NCBI GenBank assembly: GCA_963762565.1 | Contig: CAVXLD010000003.1 | Span: 911,672 to 975,671 of the forward strand | Direction: 5' to 3' | DNA: 64,000 bases | Origin: an uncultured Verrucomicrobiae bacterium | Lineage (GTDB): Bacteria; Verrucomicrobiota; Verrucomicrobiia; Chthoniobacterales; JAFAMB01 | Part shown: positions 59,534-64,000 of the stretch, piece after piece | Layout: each line of letters opens with the position of its first letter | Position numbering within the stretch: the first letter of the stretch is position 1 | Notes under the pieces: generated by a model | What the model was told of the DNA's origin: nothing | Databases searched by the model: none | Seen by the model: only the letters and a program-made list of their open reading frames with translations | Program-made: the position numbers and the translations under genes

Positions 59534-60844
59534 TCAGCCGCCGTACTGTTCCTCGACGAACGGCAACAATCCGGCCTTCTCTAATGCAGACAATGGGGCG
59601 AGGAAAGTCACTTGGATCACACCTGGGTGCCGGCCGATTTCGATTCCTCCTGTGATCGTTGCCCGATTCATCACTTCCGGCACGGTTAGCGAGAGCAATT
59701 CAGCCGCGCGACGAAGCCCGACTTGAGTCGCTTTATTCAGATCCGGCCCGGAACCGATAACTGAGATCGGGGCCGATTCTTCGAGTTGATCAATTCCCCA
59801 TTTTTTCGCCAGCCGTTGCGCACGATCTTTCTCGGCGTGGCTAAACGGCCGGGCTAACGGAGGCAAGTCCTCGATTAGCGGAAACAAAACCGGTCCTTCC
59901 AGTGTGCGCCCTTTCAACAGCTCTACTTCTAAGGTCAAGGTTCCAGAAACGTCCATAGTATGACCGGCGATCTCGCCGTCGCCTTGAAGCGCGTGCATAT
60001 CTCCAAAATAAATGCCGGCGCCAGGTACTTTCACCGGAGCCAATAAAATTGCTCCTGGCCGGACGGCATCAACGTCCATGTGGCCATCCGTTCTGAGCTC
60101 AAGCTGCTCTGCGGTGATCGCATAGTCGTGCGGAGCACCGATCAGGAAAAATCCGAAATCACCGGCGTTATGTGAGTCCGGCATCCTCACAGCAGGGGTG
60201 GTTCCGAGCTGTCCAAGAAACGGACGTAACCTGGCCGTGAGCCCAACCAGATCGTGCGGGGCATAGGTTAAAATCGAATGTTGAGCCGAACTCTCCGGTA
60301 AAGCTGCGAATTGATTAGCGGAGCGCGCAATCCGTTCTGCGGCCTCTTGCGGAACCGTGACTCCAACCTGCCGGGTTTCATCGAACACTACCGTGTAGCC
60401 ATTCACGATCTGAAACGGATTAACCGGCGTGTTACATTTCACGCAGCGCACTGCTTGTTGGCCGATGCCTTCGACGTAGGTGTCAGGATAGAGCGTCCCA
60501 CAACTCGGACACTTCGGAGCAGCGTAAGGATCGCCCAGAAAATGGCCCTCGACCCAACGGTCATGGCCCGAGGCTGTCGCAAACGAGGTCACATTAATAT
60601 CACGGATTCGAAGAACTACCGCATCACCTGGCACCGCTCCTTCCACATAAACGGGAACGGTCACTTCATGTCCGCCTCGGATTCTAGGGGTGATCATCGG
60701 GCCCCAGCAGCCCGGCGCTGTGTTCCCAACAATCGTTCCTCCGGACGCTACCGGGCCAAGCATCGGTTTAGCCGGATCCAAAATACCGTCGGTCAGTTCA
60801 GAAACCATGACCGTCCGCCTCGCATCTTTCTTTGTCTCAGTCAT
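59534..60844 (-). CDS. Acetamidase/formamidase family protein
   Basis: GGHEVTVPVYVEGA.PGD, DGHMD, GDMHALQGDGEIAG. Confidence 0.9.
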   Translation of the reverse strand: MTETKKDARRTVMVSELTDGILDPAKPMLGPVASGGTIVGNTAPGCWGPMITPRIRGGHEVTVPVYVEGAVPGDAVVLRIRDINVTSFATASGHDRWVEGHFLGDPYAAPKCPSCGTLYPDTYVEGIGQQAVRCVKCNTPVNPFQIVNGYTVVFDETRQVGVTVPQEAAERIARSANQFAALPESSAQHSILTYAPHDLVGLTARLRPFLGQLGTTPAVRMPDSHNAGDFGFFLIGAPHDYAITAEQLELRTDGHMDVDAVRPGAILLAPVKVPGAGIYFGDMHALQGDGEIAGHTMDVSGTLTLEVELLKGRTLEGPVLFPLIEDLPPLARPFSHAEKDRAQRLAKKWGIDQLEESAPISVIGSGPDLNKATQVGLRRAAELLSLTVPEVMNRATITGGIEIGRHPGVIQVTFLAPLSALEKAGLLPFVEEQYGG

Positions 60845-60936
60845 GATGTTGCTCCTTTGTATCTTCTAAGGGGTGTCGCGTCGCGAACTGTCTTGAAGCT
60901 CGCCCCCAGCAAACAAATAGCAACAGGAAGGAGTCC

Positions 60937-61219
60937 GATTGGAGGGGAGCCGCTTTGGCGTGTCGCCAAACGACCCAACATTATTCGCGTCCAGGCTCAT
61001 CTGTCCGAGAAACGATGCAACAGGCGGCTCCCGAGAATTACCCAGCCGCCTGCAACTCTGCCGATCCGACCGGAAACGAATCGAAACGCCCAGGGTAGAT
61101 TTCGTCACCTTGGGTTATTCGCGGGAGCCGCTTGTTGGCCTCGTTCAGAGAACGCATCCAGCCTTGGAACGAAATTCGAGGGGTCTTAGGCAACACGCCA
61201 AAGCAGCTCCCCTCCGAAT
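60937..61219. repeat. REP cluster (family F)
   Basis: ggaggggagccgctttggcg ... cgccaaagcagctcccctcc. Confidence 0.78.
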
Positions 61220-61321
61220 TTATTACCTCCGAGGTAATTGCTGGTCGCTCGGGCGATTGCGATAGTGGAGGCGCAGCGCAATTAGGCGCGGGCAAATCAG
61301 CAACCAAACAAGGATAAACAG

Positions 61322-61870
61322 ATGACTACTTACCAAATCCATACAATTGAATCGGCACCGGAAAAATCGAAACCTTTGCTAGAGCTATTCACAGGAGCGA
61401 TAGGGTTTGTTCCCAACCTCGCCGGAGCAGTTGCGAATTCGCCTGTCCTAGCGAACTCGCTACTGGGAGTGTTTCAAAATGTTCATGGCGGGAGTTTCGC
61501 TGAGGCTGAGGTCCAAGTCCTACTCCTAACTAACGCGGTGACTAACTCGTCCAGCTGGCCGGTCGCATTTCACACTGCGCTGGCTCTCAAACAAGGGATA
61601 GATCCCGCAGACGTTCAGGCGATCCGCGAGCGACGGCTACCGAAACAGCAACGGTATGCTGCGCTTTCTCGATTGGCGAAGGCGTTGATCGAAAAGCGGG
61701 GCCAACTGACCGACGATGATACAGCAACATTTCTGGAAGCCGGTTTTGAAAAAGAGCACGTGCTTGAAGTTGTTGCCGTCGTGGCAGCATCGACCATCAC
61801 GAACTACGCAGGCAAGATCACGAACCCGCCACTGGAGGCGTTCTTGCAAGAGTACGCCTGGAAGGCGTAA
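61322..61870 (+). CDS. Carboxymuconolactone decarboxylase-like protein lacking CxxC
   Basis: HTIESAPE.SKP, GFVPNL..ANSP, NSSSWPVAFH, TITNY. Confidence 0.82.
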   Translation: MTTYQIHTIESAPEKSKPLLELFTGAIGFVPNLAGAVANSPVLANSLLGVFQNVHGGSFAEAEVQVLLLTNAVTNSSSWPVAFHTALALKQGIDPADVQAIRERRLPKQQRYAALSRLAKALIEKRGQLTDDDTATFLEAGFEKEHVLEVVAVVAASTITNYAGKITNPPLEAFLQEYAWKA

Positions 61871-61966
61871 TTCAGTGTGAAACCAAAGACAACCGATGAG
61901 GTTTTGGCGCCCCTACCGTTTCCAGCGGAAGGGGCGCCCATCTTGGTTGTGCGATCTGATTTCCAA

Positions 61967-62902
61967 ATGAGCTCAAGAAAGACCGCTACAGCACCGGCCG
62001 GTAATCAACTCGGAAATATGTTGCGTCACTGGCGGAATGTTCGGGGGAGCAATCAATTGGATTTATCCATCGAAACCGGCATATCCCAGCGACATATCAG
62101 CTTTATCGAGTCGGGACGCAGTACCCCTAGTCGCCAAACGTTGTTAGAGATCGCCCAAGTTTTGGACGTGCCTCTGCGCGAACGAAACACCCTGTTACTG
62201 AGCGCGGGCTATGCCCCCGTTTATTCCGAGGCAGCCTGGAACTCAGCCGAAATGCAAAGCGTAACCAAAGTACTGGAACGTATCTTGAATCAGCATGAGC
62301 CCTTCCCGGCCTTGGTGATGGATCGATACTGGAATGTGCTGATGACGAATGACTCAGGGCCTCGTTTCTTCAACTGCTTTATCGACATGTCACGGCGCAA
62401 AGCTCCACGCAATGTGCTCCATTTGATCTTTGATCCAGATGGGATGCGCCCGTTTGTTGAGCATTGGGACGAAGTAGCGAGTAGCCTGATTCACCGGGTG
62501 CATGCCGAAGCCACTGGTCGGGTAATGGACGCACAAACCAAAGACTTACTCGCTGCCTTGCTCGCTTATCCTGACGTGAGAACCGGTTCGGCATCAGCAT
62601 CCCGTCGGCCGAATAGCGGATTGACGGGAACCCTATCCGGAAGACGACGTAATGCGGACCCTACCGTCAGTTCTGCGACGATCCTCCCGATTATTCCGAT
62701 CAGCTTCCGAAAAGATGACAAAGTGCTGAATTATTTTTCGATGGTTACAACGGTTGGCACTCCGCAGACGGTTGCCGCCCAGGAATTGCGCATTGAGACG
62801 ATGTTTCCGGCCGACGATGAAACAGAGCGTGAGCATGTCGCACTGTTGGAAGGAAGCCCGAGGCACGACGGACTGACGGTGCGTTTCAACCGTTTGCCGT
62901 GA
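61967..62902 (+). CDS. XRE HTH regulator with MmyB-like C-terminus
   Basis: LRHWR..QLDL..ISQRHISFIESGRS.PS, HEPFPALVMDRYWN, ELRIETMFPAD. Confidence 0.9.
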   Translation: MSSRKTATAPAGNQLGNMLRHWRNVRGSNQLDLSIETGISQRHISFIESGRSTPSRQTLLEIAQVLDVPLRERNTLLLSAGYAPVYSEAAWNSAEMQSVTKVLERILNQHEPFPALVMDRYWNVLMTNDSGPRFFNCFIDMSRRKAPRNVLHLIFDPDGMRPFVEHWDEVASSLIHRVHAEATGRVMDAQTKDLLAALLAYPDVRTGSASASRRPNSGLTGTLSGRRRNADPTVSSATILPIIPISFRKDDKVLNYFSMVTTVGTPQTVAAQELRIETMFPADDETEREHVALLEGSPRHDGLTVRFNRLP

Positions 62903-62939
62903 AATATTCGTTGCTTCGCGGCTAAAGAAATCCTCCAGG

Positions 62940-63737
62940 CTATCCCCTCCGCTTCAGCCTCAAACTTTCCCACGATCCATCCGTCGTCCAGCCGCCATCG
63001 ACGGCGATTGCTTGGCCATTGATGAAGCCACTCTGATCGGGATCTGCCAAAAAGGAAACCGCGGCTGCGATGTCCTCGGGCGAAGCAAAACGCCCCATGG
63101 GCACGCGATCCGTGATGTCCGTGTCGCTATAACCACTGCTGACTTGGTCCGCTACGTCCATGGGAGTCTTTACCCAACCCGGGCACACAGCATTACAACG
63201 AACTCCTCGGCCGCCCCATTCCGCTGCCAGTGTTCGGGTAAGACCGATCACGCCATGTTTCGACGCGTTGTATGCCACTCGGTCGGCAATACCCACCAGG
63301 CCGGCGATCGAAGCAATGTTGATGATACTCCCGGAACGCTGATCCAACATCATCAAGCCGAACACACGGCAGAGAATGAAGGGAGCAAGGAGATTCACTT
63401 CAAGAACGCGACGAAATTGAGTCGCCGAGACATTTTCTGCCGGAGAGATCGAGCTGATACCAGCATTATTCACTAGCACATCCACTCTGCCCCATTTCGC
63501 CTTTACTTGTTCCCCAAAATTCACGGCCAGATTCTCGTTAGAGATATCGCCAATGAATTCCATGGATTGGGTTATCTCCCGAACCTCCGCCAGTGTTTCC
63601 ACCGGCGAACGCAAATCGTTCAAGGCAAGTGCAAATCCCCGCTGGGCCAAGGCCCGCGCCACGGCTCGTCCAATCCCTTGAGCCGCGCCTGTGACCACAA
63701 CTACTCGGAGAGGCTTCGTTTCATTTTCGGTCGGCAT
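62940..63737 (-). CDS. SDR oxidoreductase
   Basis: TGAAQGIG, NNAG, YNASKHG, VDGG. Confidence 0.93.
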   Translation of the reverse strand: MPTENETKPLRVVVVTGAAQGIGRAVARALAQRGFALALNDLRSPVETLAEVREITQSMEFIGDISNENLAVNFGEQVKAKWGRVDVLVNNAGISSISPAENVSATQFRRVLEVNLLAPFILCRVFGLMMLDQRSGSIINIASIAGLVGIADRVAYNASKHGVIGLTRTLAAEWGGRGVRCNAVCPGWVKTPMDVADQVSSGYSDTDITDRVPMGRFASPEDIAAAVSFLADPDQSGFINGQAIAVDGGWTTDGSWESLRLKRRG

Positions 63738-64000
63738 GGGGAAAAGGAGTTCAGGCGGTCCTGGAGTGCAAGCAGATGAATCGTAGGGGCTGCCACCCGT
63801 GGAGCGTGCCTCGCTTGCGAGGCCGATGGTGAGCAAAGATGAAGGTGTGGCATGCCAATCGTCCGTCGACGCTCTGCAGTGTGCGGAGCAACAGATGTCG
63901 CCAATAGCGCGCCGAACAAAATGGGATATGCATCGCGATGTCCCCATGCTCGCCATCGGCCTCGCTTGCGAGGCAGCGCTCCACGGGTGGCGACCCCTGC

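Noticed and set aside
60311..61189. 292-aa plus-strand ORF
   Set aside because: Antisense to the formamidase gene and runs through REP repeats; no motifs

Overview
Bacterial chromosomal window of about 55-58% GC (estimated by eye). The gene and repeat style suggests a soil Verrucomicrobiota/Chthoniobacterales-like genome, which is an inference. It holds about 45 mostly accessory genes: SDR/TetR pairs, a class C beta-lactamase, GH3 and GH13 hydrolases, GlxA-type AraC regulators, Tex, ChaA and an Xre-RES toxin-antitoxin pair. No rRNA, tRNA, CRISPR array or intact transposase was seen. The main highlight is a 13.5-kb minus-strand locus (21214-34709): ECF sigma factor, membrane Ser/Thr kinase with TPRs, three secreted YVTN/YncE beta-propellers, then a ~1730-aa Rhs protein. 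Two of the propeller genes share a TGAAAC-N16-CGTTGTA ECF-type promoter. The Rhs protein has a signal peptide, a C39-like peptidase followed by a double-glycine-leader-like site, a repetitive non-toxin-looking C-terminal cargo and no immunity gene. Nearly every intergenic gap is filled with nested palindromic elements (7- and 9-mer arrays, REP/REPIN doublets, CTAG-bounded MITEs), and several of these supply gene stop codons. Five apparent small-indel frameshifts suggest long-read assembly errors.
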